A stretch of DNA of 57,083 bases. Origin: Acidobacteriota bacterium (GTDB lineage Bacteria > Acidobacteriota > Blastocatellia > RBC074). The stretch spans positions 1 to 57,083 of the forward strand of contig JAJVID010000065.1 in the NCBI GenBank assembly GCA_022072205.1. Direction: 5' to 3'. Position numbers and translations under genes: made by a program. Of this stretch, positions 49,799 through 57,083 are shown in pieces (position 1 is the first letter of the stretch; each line of letters opens with the position of its first letter). A model generated the notes under the pieces. The model was given only the letters and a program-made list of their open reading frames with translations, was not told where the DNA came from and searched no databases.

Positions 49799-50387
49799 AG
49801 CCTGTGTTGTTGACGCAAACGATGCGCGGGCCGTAGTCGCCGACCGTGACGACGCTCACCGAGGCCACGCTGATTTCGATGCGGTGAAAGAGGTCGAGCG
49901 CGATCCCGGCGTAATAAGCTATCGCCGATTTGATCGGGTCGCCGTGACTCACGACGGCGACCGTCTGGCTGGGATGCCGCTCGCGCAATCGTTCCAGCGC
50001 GGCGATCATTCGCGCCTGCGTCTCTAATTGCGTCTCTCCGCCCGGCGCGCGCGTCAGGCTGCGCAGCGAATTGAACCGCCGCCAGAGCGGTTCGTTGTTC
50101 AGATCGGACAACTCACGCCCAGTCCACTCTCCCAAAACGATCTCGCCCACTTCTTCAACGATCTGAACCTCAAGGCCGAATCTCCGGCTGATCGGCTCAG
50201 CGGTTTCGCGCGCGCGTTCGAGCGGACTGCTGTAAATCGCCTTGACCTCAGCGCCCGCCAGCCGTTCAGCCAGTTTCGCGGCTTGCGCGCGCCCTTCGTC
50301 GTTCAGATGAACGCCCGGCGTCCAACCGGAGACGGCCTTGTCCACAAGGTCTGTCATTCCGTGTCGAATCAGCAGAAATCGAGTCAT
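49785..50387 (-). CDS. Histidine phosphatase (PGAM-like) family protein
   Basis: 200-aa ORF: FLLIRHGMTD (RHG motif), SSPLERARETAEPI, VVSHGDPIK. Confidence 0.9.
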   Translation of the reverse strand: MTRFLLIRHGMTDLVDKAVSGWTPGVHLNDEGRAQAAKLAERLAGAEVKAIYSSPLERARETAEPISRRFGLEVQIVEEVGEIVLGEWTGRELSDLNNEPLWRRFNSLRSLTRAPGGETQLETQARMIAALERLRERHPSQTVAVVSHGDPIKSAIAYYAGIALDLFHRIEISVASVSVVTVGDYGPRIVCVNNTGFICR

Positions 50388-50393
50388 GGTTGT

Positions 50394-50885
50394 TCACTCC
50401 CATCCGAAAAAATTCTTCGCCCAGGCGAACGATACGCTGGCGCGTCGCGCAGCCTCGCAATCGCTCTCAGAATCTCCGACGAACATAGTTTCAGCGGGCG
50501 CGACGTCGCGCGAATGCATGATTTCAATCAACATTCCGGGCCGGGGTTTGTGGCAGCCGCAATCATCCTCCAGCGCGTGCGGACAGAAGCGAATCGTAAC
50601 GCTCGCCGGATCGCAACCAGTGGCCGCGACGATCATATCTTCGAGCAGTTGATACGCCATCCGACGGCTGAGATGGCCATAAGCGACCTGATCCTGATTC
50701 GACGCCACACCCAGCGCCAGCTTGCGCTCGCGCCAGTTGACGCCCGACAGCGCCTCTTTGACCTTCGGCATCAACTCCCACTCGCCGGGAGCATGCGGGC
50801 ACGGTTTCCCGGCGACGGTCGTTCGGCGCAGCGTGCCGTCGGCGTCGAAGATGATCAGCTTGATTTGTTCGGGAATGTCCATCAT
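50394..50885 (-). CDS. HAD-IIIA phosphatase, GmhB / histidinol-phosphatase-like with Zn motif
   Basis: LIIFDADGTL, LGVASNQ, FCPHALEDDCGCHKPRPGML (the CPH...CxC-KP zinc loop of GmhB-type enzymes), FVGDSESD. The ATG overlaps the upstream stop (ATGA). Confidence 0.85.
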   Translation of the reverse strand: MMDIPEQIKLIIFDADGTLRRTTVAGKPCPHAPGEWELMPKVKEALSGVNWRERKLALGVASNQDQVAYGHLSRRMAYQLLEDMIVAATGCDPASVTIRFCPHALEDDCGCHKPRPGMLIEIMHSRDVAPAETMFVGDSESDCEAARRASVSFAWAKNFFGWE

Positions 50886-52600
50886 CGAATCTCCAATCGC
50901 AGCAGAGACGCATAACGATCAACCTGCATCTTGAACCTCACCGCATCGGCGGAGCCGTTCAACACCGTCGCAGCCAGCGTCGCGTAACCGAGCCGGTAAG
51001 CCGGATAAGCAATCAGAAAAAACGGCAACCGCTCAGCGACATTGCGATCACCGCTCAGCGCGCGGTATTGATTGATCAGATAATCCTGCTGCTCCGCGCT
51101 CAACGAAAATTCAACACTGGTTCCGGCGATGTCCCAGGCGATGTCCTGCGGCCCCGGAAAAAAATGGTCGTCGTGATGATCAACGCCGTCGGTCTTGATG
51201 AAGCGGTCTCCGGCGCGCAGCCATTCGTGCGGCGTCATTCGCCCGTCAATCGCCGTGATCGAATCGCTTTCATCAGAGCCTCTCAACCATTCCAGCTTTT
51301 CAGCCCATTCTTCGCCCAAACCTTCGGCGACGTTGATTCGGATCATCTCCGCCAACTCTTCTCGCGTGGCGCCGGCGCTTGACGGAAAATGCTTTCGCAG
51401 ATGAGCCAGGTAGCGAGCGATTGTGTCGAGCAACCGCCGATCAACTTCTCCGCTCCGCAGTGGCCGCCCTTGAACAAATTCAGTGATCAGAAAACCGTCG
51501 CTCAATCCGAACACTCGCGGGGCAAATCCCGCTTCAGCCAGCGCACGGGCGCGTTCGAGTTTCTGCTCGCCGTATCGCCCCAGCCCGGCGAACTTCAGCC
51601 AGAGCCTTTCCCTTCCCTGCGTCCGGCAAAGATATTTGCGCCGCTCGTGCTGAGGCTGCGATGGCGGATAATCGTTTTCGTCATTGTAGAAAAGCTTCCG
51701 CCACGCGCCCGCCGACAGATCAGTCATTTCACTGCGCGCAAGCGATTGCGCAAGCCTGCCGCTCTCGATCCAGACCTGCTCAAAACTCGCCGCGTATTTT
51801 CGATGCCTGCGCCAGCGCTCGCGCGCCGATTCCGAGACAAACTGCGAACCGTCGGGAACCCAGCCTGGAAAGAAAACTATCCGCTCATCGCCGGCGCCGA
51901 GTTCCGAAAGCCTGCGCGCGACGCACGCGAGCGAGGAGCCGCTCAACCCCGGCCCTTCATCAACAATCAGAAAGTGTGCGCCGTCGAACGAGCGCCAACG
52001 GTCTTCAACCGCCTGCGCAAGCTCCAGCCTGCGGTCGAACGGATGCCCGCGAGGGCGCACGGTGAATGATTCGATCTCGACTCCGCATTCAGCCAGAGCC
52101 GCGCCAACAACTGATGAAAGGCTCGCGCCGATGCCTCGCAGGCCGATGACCACAGCGCTGCGCGGGCGTCGTTCATGAAAGAAGCCAGCCGCCGCTTCAA
52201 GATAAGTTTCGGGATAAAGGCCGTAATAGACGTAACCTTCAGGCGCGCCTATTTGAATCGAATGCGGAAGTCCGCGCAGGCTCGGATCATTCAAGCGTCC
52301 GTTCAACTCGGCAATCAGCGGCCCGATCCTTCCGCGCTCTTTTCTCCACGACAAACAAAACACGCGGCCGATCAGCAAACTCATTCGCCTGAAGGCGCGC
52401 AAGGTCGGGCAATCGGAATCCGCTTCGGGCGACAGCGCGTCGGCCACGCCCGCTTCAATCTCCCCGAAATCAATCAGCAGCGCGACGGCTTGATCCTGAT
52501 TCGCTAAACCGCCGCGCTCATATCGCGCCAGATCGCCGCGGAAGCGCGCGAGCAGTCGCGAAACCTCGAAGGTCTGCTTTGTCGAGCGGTAAACAATCAT
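50882..52600 (-). CDS. 572-aa two-module protein: PRTase-like N-terminal half fused to an APH/kinase-like C-terminal half (atypical catalytic loop)
   Basis: N-half: VVIGLRGIGASLSSVVGAAL...HFLIVDEGPGLSGSS (PRPP-loop-like). C-half: WLKFAGLGRYGEQKLERARALAEAGFAPRV...FLITEFVQGRPL...IDGRMTPHEWL...FIKTDGVDHHDDHFFPGPQDIAWDIAG (aminoglycoside/choline-kinase-like layout). Confidence 0.6.
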   Translation of the reverse strand: MIVYRSTKQTFEVSRLLARFRGDLARYERGGLANQDQAVALLIDFGEIEAGVADALSPEADSDCPTLRAFRRMSLLIGRVFCLSWRKERGRIGPLIAELNGRLNDPSLRGLPHSIQIGAPEGYVYYGLYPETYLEAAAGFFHERRPRSAVVIGLRGIGASLSSVVGAALAECGVEIESFTVRPRGHPFDRRLELAQAVEDRWRSFDGAHFLIVDEGPGLSGSSLACVARRLSELGAGDERIVFFPGWVPDGSQFVSESARERWRRHRKYAASFEQVWIESGRLAQSLARSEMTDLSAGAWRKLFYNDENDYPPSQPQHERRKYLCRTQGRERLWLKFAGLGRYGEQKLERARALAEAGFAPRVFGLSDGFLITEFVQGRPLRSGEVDRRLLDTIARYLAHLRKHFPSSAGATREELAEMIRINVAEGLGEEWAEKLEWLRGSDESDSITAIDGRMTPHEWLRAGDRFIKTDGVDHHDDHFFPGPQDIAWDIAGTSVEFSLSAEQQDYLINQYRALSGDRNVAERLPFFLIAYPAYRLGYATLAATVLNGSADAVRFKMQVDRYASLLRLEIR

Positions 52601-52623
52601 CGGCGCTACTCATCCGAATGAAT

Positions 52624-52702
52624 AGCCACAGAGTTCACAGAGTTCACAGAGATCACGGAGAAATCGTCAAAGTCCTCTGTGCTCTCTGTGTTCTCTGCGG
52701 CT
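52624..52702. repeat. CACAGAG nonamer hairpin, copy 2
   Basis: AGCCACAGAG TTCACAGAG TTCACAGAG ATCACGGAG ... CCTCTGTG CTCTCTGTG TTCTCTGCGGCT. Confidence 0.9.
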
Positions 52703-52730
52703 GAAACTCTTCTCGCATCTGAAAATCCCT

Positions 52731-53618
52731 CTAAGCCGCATACCGCCGCGTCATTCGCGCGCAGAATTCGGCGAACTCTTCGAGCTGTTTCGGCGGGCTG
52801 GTGTGGTGCCGGCGCAGCCCGCGCGATTCGGGCGTGAAGCAAAACGTGAGCGTCACGTCGAACTCTTCGAGCGCCTTCATCTGCCGGTCGAACCACGCGT
52901 CGGCGTTCGGACGCAGACTGTCGGCCCAGCTCAACCCCGTGCGCAGGCGCTTCACGCCGAGCCGCCGCATCCATTTCACGGCATCATCCAGGCGGTGATC
53001 TTCAAAATGAAACCACTGACAGAGGCCGAGCGCGGGCGCGTAGTCGGCGAATTGTCTGGCCGCGCGTTTCGGCGCGCCGTCTTCGCGCAGCAAACCCATG
53101 TAAAAATGGCGATAGTAAGCCGATCCTTCGGCCTCGCGGTGCCGCGTCGTCGCGGGCCACGCGCGCGGCAGATCGTAAAGGCTGTACCAGTGAATCCGCT
53201 CGACGGCGCCGACCAGCAATTCAGCCGTGCGTCGCAAGCCGAACTCCTGAATCTCTTCAGCGCCGAAAGTAGAGACGCCGACTTCGGAAACCCACACCGG
53301 CAAACTGGTCACCGATTGAATCTCGCGCAACTTGTCCGGCCATTCGTGAATCTGCCAATGATTCCAGTCAAGCGGGAACCCGTGCGCCGCCACCACGTCA
53401 ACGTACGAAAGCACGCCCTGCCCGCGCATGTTCAGGATGAAGTCCGGATCAATCGGCGAAATGCCGCCGAGGACTTTCAACAGTCGCGGATTTTCAGCCG
53501 CTACGGCGGCCGCCGCCAGCTTCACCATTTCACCGTAAAGCCGCCATTCGGGATCAATCTCGAAATCCCAATGCGATTTGTTGTTCGGTTCGTTCCAGAA
53601 CATTACTGCTTCGATCAC
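52731..53618 (-). CDS. Glycoside hydrolase clan GH-A (beta/alpha)8 barrel, apparently circularly permuted (beta4-beta8 then beta1-beta3)
   Basis: GTG start at 53618 after AGGAGAAG. The N-terminus is already the acid/base strand MIEAVMFWNEPNN, followed by VDVVAAHGFP, the nucleophile strand LPVWVSEVGVS and IHWYSLYD. The usual C-terminal GLLREDGAPKRAARQF is followed by N-terminal-type LGVKRLRTGLSWAD...FDVTLTFCFTP...EEFAEFCARMTRRYAA. Confidence 0.7.
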   Translation of the reverse strand: MIEAVMFWNEPNNKSHWDFEIDPEWRLYGEMVKLAAAAVAAENPRLLKVLGGISPIDPDFILNMRGQGVLSYVDVVAAHGFPLDWNHWQIHEWPDKLREIQSVTSLPVWVSEVGVSTFGAEEIQEFGLRRTAELLVGAVERIHWYSLYDLPRAWPATTRHREAEGSAYYRHFYMGLLREDGAPKRAARQFADYAPALGLCQWFHFEDHRLDDAVKWMRRLGVKRLRTGLSWADSLRPNADAWFDRQMKALEEFDVTLTFCFTPESRGLRRHHTSPPKQLEEFAEFCARMTRRYAA

Positions 53619-53639
53619 GATCTCTGCTTCTCCTGCTCT

Positions 53640-54416
53640 TCAATCTCCATAGGCTTCACTGGACTGTTGATTCACGGCCGGCCACTGACCGTTCAAAACC
53701 TCGATCGCATCGCGGTAACCGCGCAGCGTGCCGACATCAACATAAGCTTGCCCGGCTCGCACACCCACCGCTTTGCCGCCTTCGGCCAAATAAGCGTTGA
53801 CCAGCGTCCCGACGTATTCATCCGCGCGGTCGCGTTTGAGCCAGAGGCTGTGCAACGCGTCGAGCGTCCGCCCCGGCATCTTGAACGCGCCCCAAACCCA
53901 CGATGAACTCGCGCCCTGCCGTTTGACCTGAATTTCCAGCACTCGCCCGTTCTGATCGGTCACCACTGCGTCGAAGAATTCCGGACGTTCGACCGGAAAA
54001 AGCAGAAACGAGAAATCGCCATCGCCGAGCGCGTTGAACGCCTCTTCGGGAAACCAGATCGTATCGGGCAGACCGATCAACACACATTCGTCGGGATGGA
54101 TCAAAGGCAGCGCGCGAAAAATGGCGTCGCACAATCCGGCTGGGCGCGGCTGCACAGCGTAACAGATGCTGGCCTTGCCGTATTCGCCGCTGTAATCTCC
54201 CCCGAAATATTCAAGGATGTCCGATTTGCCCGGCGAGATGACGAAGCAGAGTTTCGTCGCTCCCGCTTTGAGCATGCGTTCGACCAGATATTCGCTGACG
54301 GCGCGCAGCCGTTCCGCCCCGTTGTCAAACCGGCTGCCGATGGGCAGCAACTCTTTCGAGAAAGCCAGCGGCTGAATACGGCTGCCCGCTCCGGCGGCTG
54401 GAATGATTCCCCACAT
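53640..54416 (-). CDS. Sugar-1-phosphate nucleotidyltransferase (NTP_transferase family)
   Basis: ORF 53640..54470. ATG at 54416 (MWGIIPAAGAGSRIQPLAFSKELLPIG) carries the G-x-G-[ST]-R signature. The longer version needs a TTG start. Confidence 0.85.
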   Translation of the reverse strand: MWGIIPAAGAGSRIQPLAFSKELLPIGSRFDNGAERLRAVSEYLVERMLKAGATKLCFVISPGKSDILEYFGGDYSGEYGKASICYAVQPRPAGLCDAIFRALPLIHPDECVLIGLPDTIWFPEEAFNALGDGDFSFLLFPVERPEFFDAVVTDQNGRVLEIQVKRQGASSSWVWGAFKMPGRTLDALHSLWLKRDRADEYVGTLVNAYLAEGGKAVGVRAGQAYVDVGTLRGYRDAIEVLNGQWPAVNQQSSEAYGD

Positions 54417-54470
54417 CGGACAAACCTCTCGGAAAAATTGGCAGGGTAGGTCGCCGACTCGCCCAACCAA

Positions 54471-55577
54471 TCAGGGCAAAGCCCGCGATGAACTGGCCGC
54501 TTGCCGCACGCCGCCGTAAGCCGATTCGAGAATGCTCTCAAGTTCAGCCGCGCGACGTTCGGCGGAATGCTCTTCAAGCGCGCGAGCGTGCGCGCGCTGC
54601 GCCATCCGGGCCAATTCTTCCGGCGTCGCTTCCATCGCCGCGATCACGTCGCAGGTCGAACGCGCGATAAGAATCTCATCGCCAGGCTCGAAGAAATGAT
54701 CAAGCCCTTCCCACCAGTCGCTGACGATCGGAGCGCCGCAGGCGGCGGCCTCGAACAGGCGGCCCGACGGACACCAGCCCATTGCGGCCATCGCGCCGCG
54801 CGTCACGTTCAGCGTCAGCGTTGACGAACAATAAAACGCGTTGTGCTTCGCGGGCGGGACGTGGCTTACGAAATGAATGTTCTCAGCCCAGGGGAAGGTT
54901 TCGGGATAGAGCGAACCGCCGATCAGGAAGCGCCGTCCGGGCAACCGTCGCGCGGTTTCGATCAGCAGAGTGTTGAGCGCCGCCTGACGATTTTCGGCAT
55001 AAGCGCCCAGGTAAGATAAATCCGCCCGATAGTTTTCGACGGCGGGCGCCGGGCAATGAACCGCCGGATCAACGCTGCCGTAAAGCGGCGCGACGCGGCG
55101 AGCGCCCAGACGTTGCTTCAATTCGGTCAACGCTTCGCCGCCGGTATAACTCAACACCAGATCGAAGTCTCCAAGCCCATCAGGGTTCAGATAGGGGACG
55201 TGTTTTCCCTTGCGCAGTAGTTCGAGCGTGACCGGTGTGTCCAGATCGTAATAGACCCGCGTCCGCGCGGTAGACGAAAGCGCGAGGTCGGAAGCGGCGA
55301 CTCCATCCGGGCAATATGAAGTCACCATCGCCACGTCGGCCCCTGCCAGATGCTTGCGCGCTTCCGGCAAGATTTCCTCCCATCGCTGGTAGAGCCGAAG
55401 TTCCACGCCGGGAATTTCCGTCAGGTCACGATGGGCGGCGTAATAGGGCGTATCGCGCTCGAAGAAGACCGTCCTGTGTCCGCGCCGTTCCAGCGCCCGG
55501 CACAACCCACGCCACAACGTTGCGTGCCCGTTGCCCCACGATGAGCTGATTGAAAGCCCGAAGATAACCAGTTTCAC
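54471..55577 (-). CDS. CgeB-like glycosyltransferase, paralogue 4 (closest to paralogue 1)
   Basis: GTG start after GAGG: MKLVIFGLSISSSWGNGHATLWRGLCRALERRGHRTVFFERD...LFEAAACGAPIVSDWWEGLDHFFEPGDEILIA. Confidence 0.85.
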   Translation of the reverse strand: MKLVIFGLSISSSWGNGHATLWRGLCRALERRGHRTVFFERDTPYYAAHRDLTEIPGVELRLYQRWEEILPEARKHLAGADVAMVTSYCPDGVAASDLALSSTARTRVYYDLDTPVTLELLRKGKHVPYLNPDGLGDFDLVLSYTGGEALTELKQRLGARRVAPLYGSVDPAVHCPAPAVENYRADLSYLGAYAENRQAALNTLLIETARRLPGRRFLIGGSLYPETFPWAENIHFVSHVPPAKHNAFYCSSTLTLNVTRGAMAAMGWCPSGRLFEAAACGAPIVSDWWEGLDHFFEPGDEILIARSTCDVIAAMEATPEELARMAQRAHARALEEHSAERRAAELESILESAYGGVRQAASSSRALP

Positions 55578-55593
55578 GCTCTACCTCGAATGA

Positions 55594-55687
55594 AAAACCC
55601 GGGAGCGCGTGCGGCTCGCGCGCGGATTCCGCGTGGAAGTCTCCTCATCGAAACTTAGTGCGCGAGCCGCCTGCGCTCCCGGGTTTT
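55594..55687. repeat. CCGGGAGCG-terminus hairpin family, copy 3
   Basis: Arms AAAACCCGGGAGCGCGTGCGGCTCGCGC (55594-55621) and GCGCGAGCCGCCTGCGCTCCCGGGTTTT (55660-55687), with 2 mismatches. Confidence 0.9.
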
Positions 55688-55954
55688 GCTCACAAGTCTT
55701 TCCGGGGGATGAGCAAGCTTATAGCAATAGCTTCGCGCAAGGTCTGTACGCTCAAAAACACAATCGCCCGAACTCGTTTGTAATATGGATTATGCAAAGC
55801 GCGCTTTTCAGGCAGTAGCATTGGAATGGCAATTGCTTCCCCGATCACCCATACTCCACGATTAGAGGCTGAATTCGTGGGTTTGGATTTTGATGCGGAC
55901 GGCATTCGGCGGAATGAATTTCTCATCACCGGCTGAATCCTGAGAGGAAAGACA

Positions 55955-56209
55955 ATGGATGTCGAATATCAATACCTGGTCGGCAAACTCGAAAACGCGC
56001 TGGCGACCGATCCGCGAGTCAATGCGCTGGATGTGAAAGTCAGAATTTGCGGTCACAAGATTCATTTGACCGGAGAGATTCCGACCGAGGAGAGGCGGTG
56101 GGCCGCCGCTCTGGTGGTTGCGGAACTCGCGCCAGGCATAGAAGTGCTCAATGAATTGACTGTGTTCGAGCTTAATCCGGCGATTTCGGCGGAGGCCATT
56201 CATGCTTAG
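55955..56209 (+). CDS. BON-domain protein
   Basis: GAGAGGAAAG SD. LATDPRVNALDVKVRICGHKIHLTGEIPTEERRWAAALVVAELAPGIEVLNELTV matches the BON pattern. Confidence 0.75.
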   Translation: MDVEYQYLVGKLENALATDPRVNALDVKVRICGHKIHLTGEIPTEERRWAAALVVAELAPGIEVLNELTVFELNPAISAEAIHA

Positions 56210-56924
56210 GATCGCGGCCATCGCCGACATGCACGTAGCCGAGGATTCGAGCGGTAAATTGAGTCCGCACTGGCGCCGGCTGCACGAATGCGCCGATGCG
56301 CTGCTGCTCGGCGGCGACCTGACCAACCTCGGCGATACGCGCCAGGCTGAAATACTGGCGCGCGAGTTGGAGGCCGTGCAAATTCCGATGGTGGCGGTTT
56401 TCGGCAACCACGATCTTCATTCCAACGAAGATGACAAAGTGCGCGGCATACTCGAAAGAGCCGGCGTGACCATGCTCGAAGGCGAGACCACAACGCTGCG
56501 GATCAATAGCAAGACGCTCGGCATCGCAGGCACGAAAGGCTTCGGCGGCGGTTTTGCCGGAGCCTGCGGCCACGCGTTCGGCGAATGGGTGATGAAGGAA
56601 TTCATGCGCGAGACCGAACGCATGGCGATGAGGCTCGAAGAGAATCTGGCGGCGCTCCGCACGGATTACCGGATCGCGCTGCTGCATTACGCCCCGGTCA
56701 AGGATACGCTGGCCGGAGAGCGGCTTGAGATTTATCCATTCATGGGCAGTTACCTGCTGGCTGAAGCGCTGGATCGCGCCGGAGCCGATCTGGTCATACA
56801 CGGGCATTCGCATCACGGCGCGGAGAAAGGCATCACCGCCAAAGGCATTCCGGTCAGGAACGTGGCGATGCCGCTGCTCAAACGCGCTTACACCATTTAC
56901 AACCTGGGCGCGGAGGAAATTTAG
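56202..56924 (+). CDS. Calcineurin-like metallophosphoesterase
   Basis: IAAIADMHV (DxH), LLLGGDLTNLG (GD), VFGNHD (GNH[DE]), VIHGHSHH. Confidence 0.9.
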   Translation: MLRIAAIADMHVAEDSSGKLSPHWRRLHECADALLLGGDLTNLGDTRQAEILARELEAVQIPMVAVFGNHDLHSNEDDKVRGILERAGVTMLEGETTTLRINSKTLGIAGTKGFGGGFAGACGHAFGEWVMKEFMRETERMAMRLEENLAALRTDYRIALLHYAPVKDTLAGERLEIYPFMGSYLLAEALDRAGADLVIHGHSHHGAEKGITAKGIPVRNVAMPLLKRAYTIYNLGAEEI

Positions 56925-56950
56925 TTCGGATTTCAATTGAGCGTAAGATC

Positions 56951-57027
56951 AGCCACAGAGCGCACAGAGATCACAGAGGCAAATTGACCTGCTCTGTGCC
57001 TCTGTGTCCTCTGTGGTCTCTGTGGCT
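56951..57027. repeat. CACAGAG nonamer hairpin, copy 3
   Basis: AGCCACAGAG CGCACAGAG ATCACAGAG GC ... GCTCTGTG CCTCTGTG TCCTCTGTG GTCTCTGTGGCT. Confidence 0.9.
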
Positions 57028-57083
57028 AACCGGTAAACTGAATTGAATGCGATTCGAGATCGGAGAAGGAGCCGCCGGAAATG

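Noticed and set aside
57041-57083. Possible gene start at the right edge (GGAGAAGGAG then ATG at 57081).
   Set aside because: Only one codon is inside the window, so it cannot be supported.

Overview
GC-rich bacterial chromosomal window with dense coding and long antisense shadow ORFs. The gene content (DUF1549/DUF1553 protein, many palindromic intergenic repeats) suggests an Acidobacteriota- or Planctomycetota-like organism, but this is a guess.

Contents from left to right:
- **1-8803:** a disrupted Rpn/DUF4351-type nuclease-transposase gene, a PSCyt/DUF1549/DUF1553 protein, a GNAT, a CNNM/CorC protein, a lipoprotein, a rhodanese gene with two in-frame TGA codons, and an M24 peptidase.
- **Operon A (8940-17936, minus strand):** three tandem CgeB-like glycosyltransferase paralogues, a GT4, an 84-aa acidic ORF, a Gfo/Idh/MocA oxidoreductase, a Zn-dependent dehydrogenase and an SDR epimerase.
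- **Trehalose/alpha-glucan locus (20050-30102):** treY, treS, a formyltransferase-like gene, an amylo-1,6-glucosidase-type debrancher and treZ.
- **30128-32837:** a DUF2934 protein, a RecQ-like gene lacking its ATPase lobe, and a LOG-family protein.
- **Proteostasis block (33202-44457):** hdeD, dnaK, a DUF2171 gene on the opposite strand, grpE, a dnaJ-like gene, a cbpM-like gene, clpB, hsp20 and lon.
- **44471-49798:** a MITE with target-site duplication, a secreted protein with a caspase/CHAT-like His/Cys dyad, an ABC exporter, a receiver-only response regulator and a Crp/Fnr regulator.
- **Operon B (49785-55577, minus strand):** a fourth CgeB-like GT, a sugar-1-P nucleotidyltransferase, an apparently circularly permuted GH clan-A barrel, a PRTase-like/kinase-like fusion, a GmhB-like HAD phosphatase and a histidine phosphatase.
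- **55955-56924:** a BON-domain protein and a metallophosphoesterase.

Almost every operon boundary carries a long hairpin repeat from one of several families.

Most interesting observations:
- The rhodanese has TGA at both active-site-loop Cys positions, so it is either a selenocysteine candidate or a pseudogene.
- The glycoside hydrolase appears circularly permuted.
- Operons A and B together look like an uncharacterised NDP-sugar/oligoglycosylation system split into two operons.
- Repeat elements have inserted in frame into coding sequences.

No tRNA, rRNA or CRISPR array was recognised by eye.
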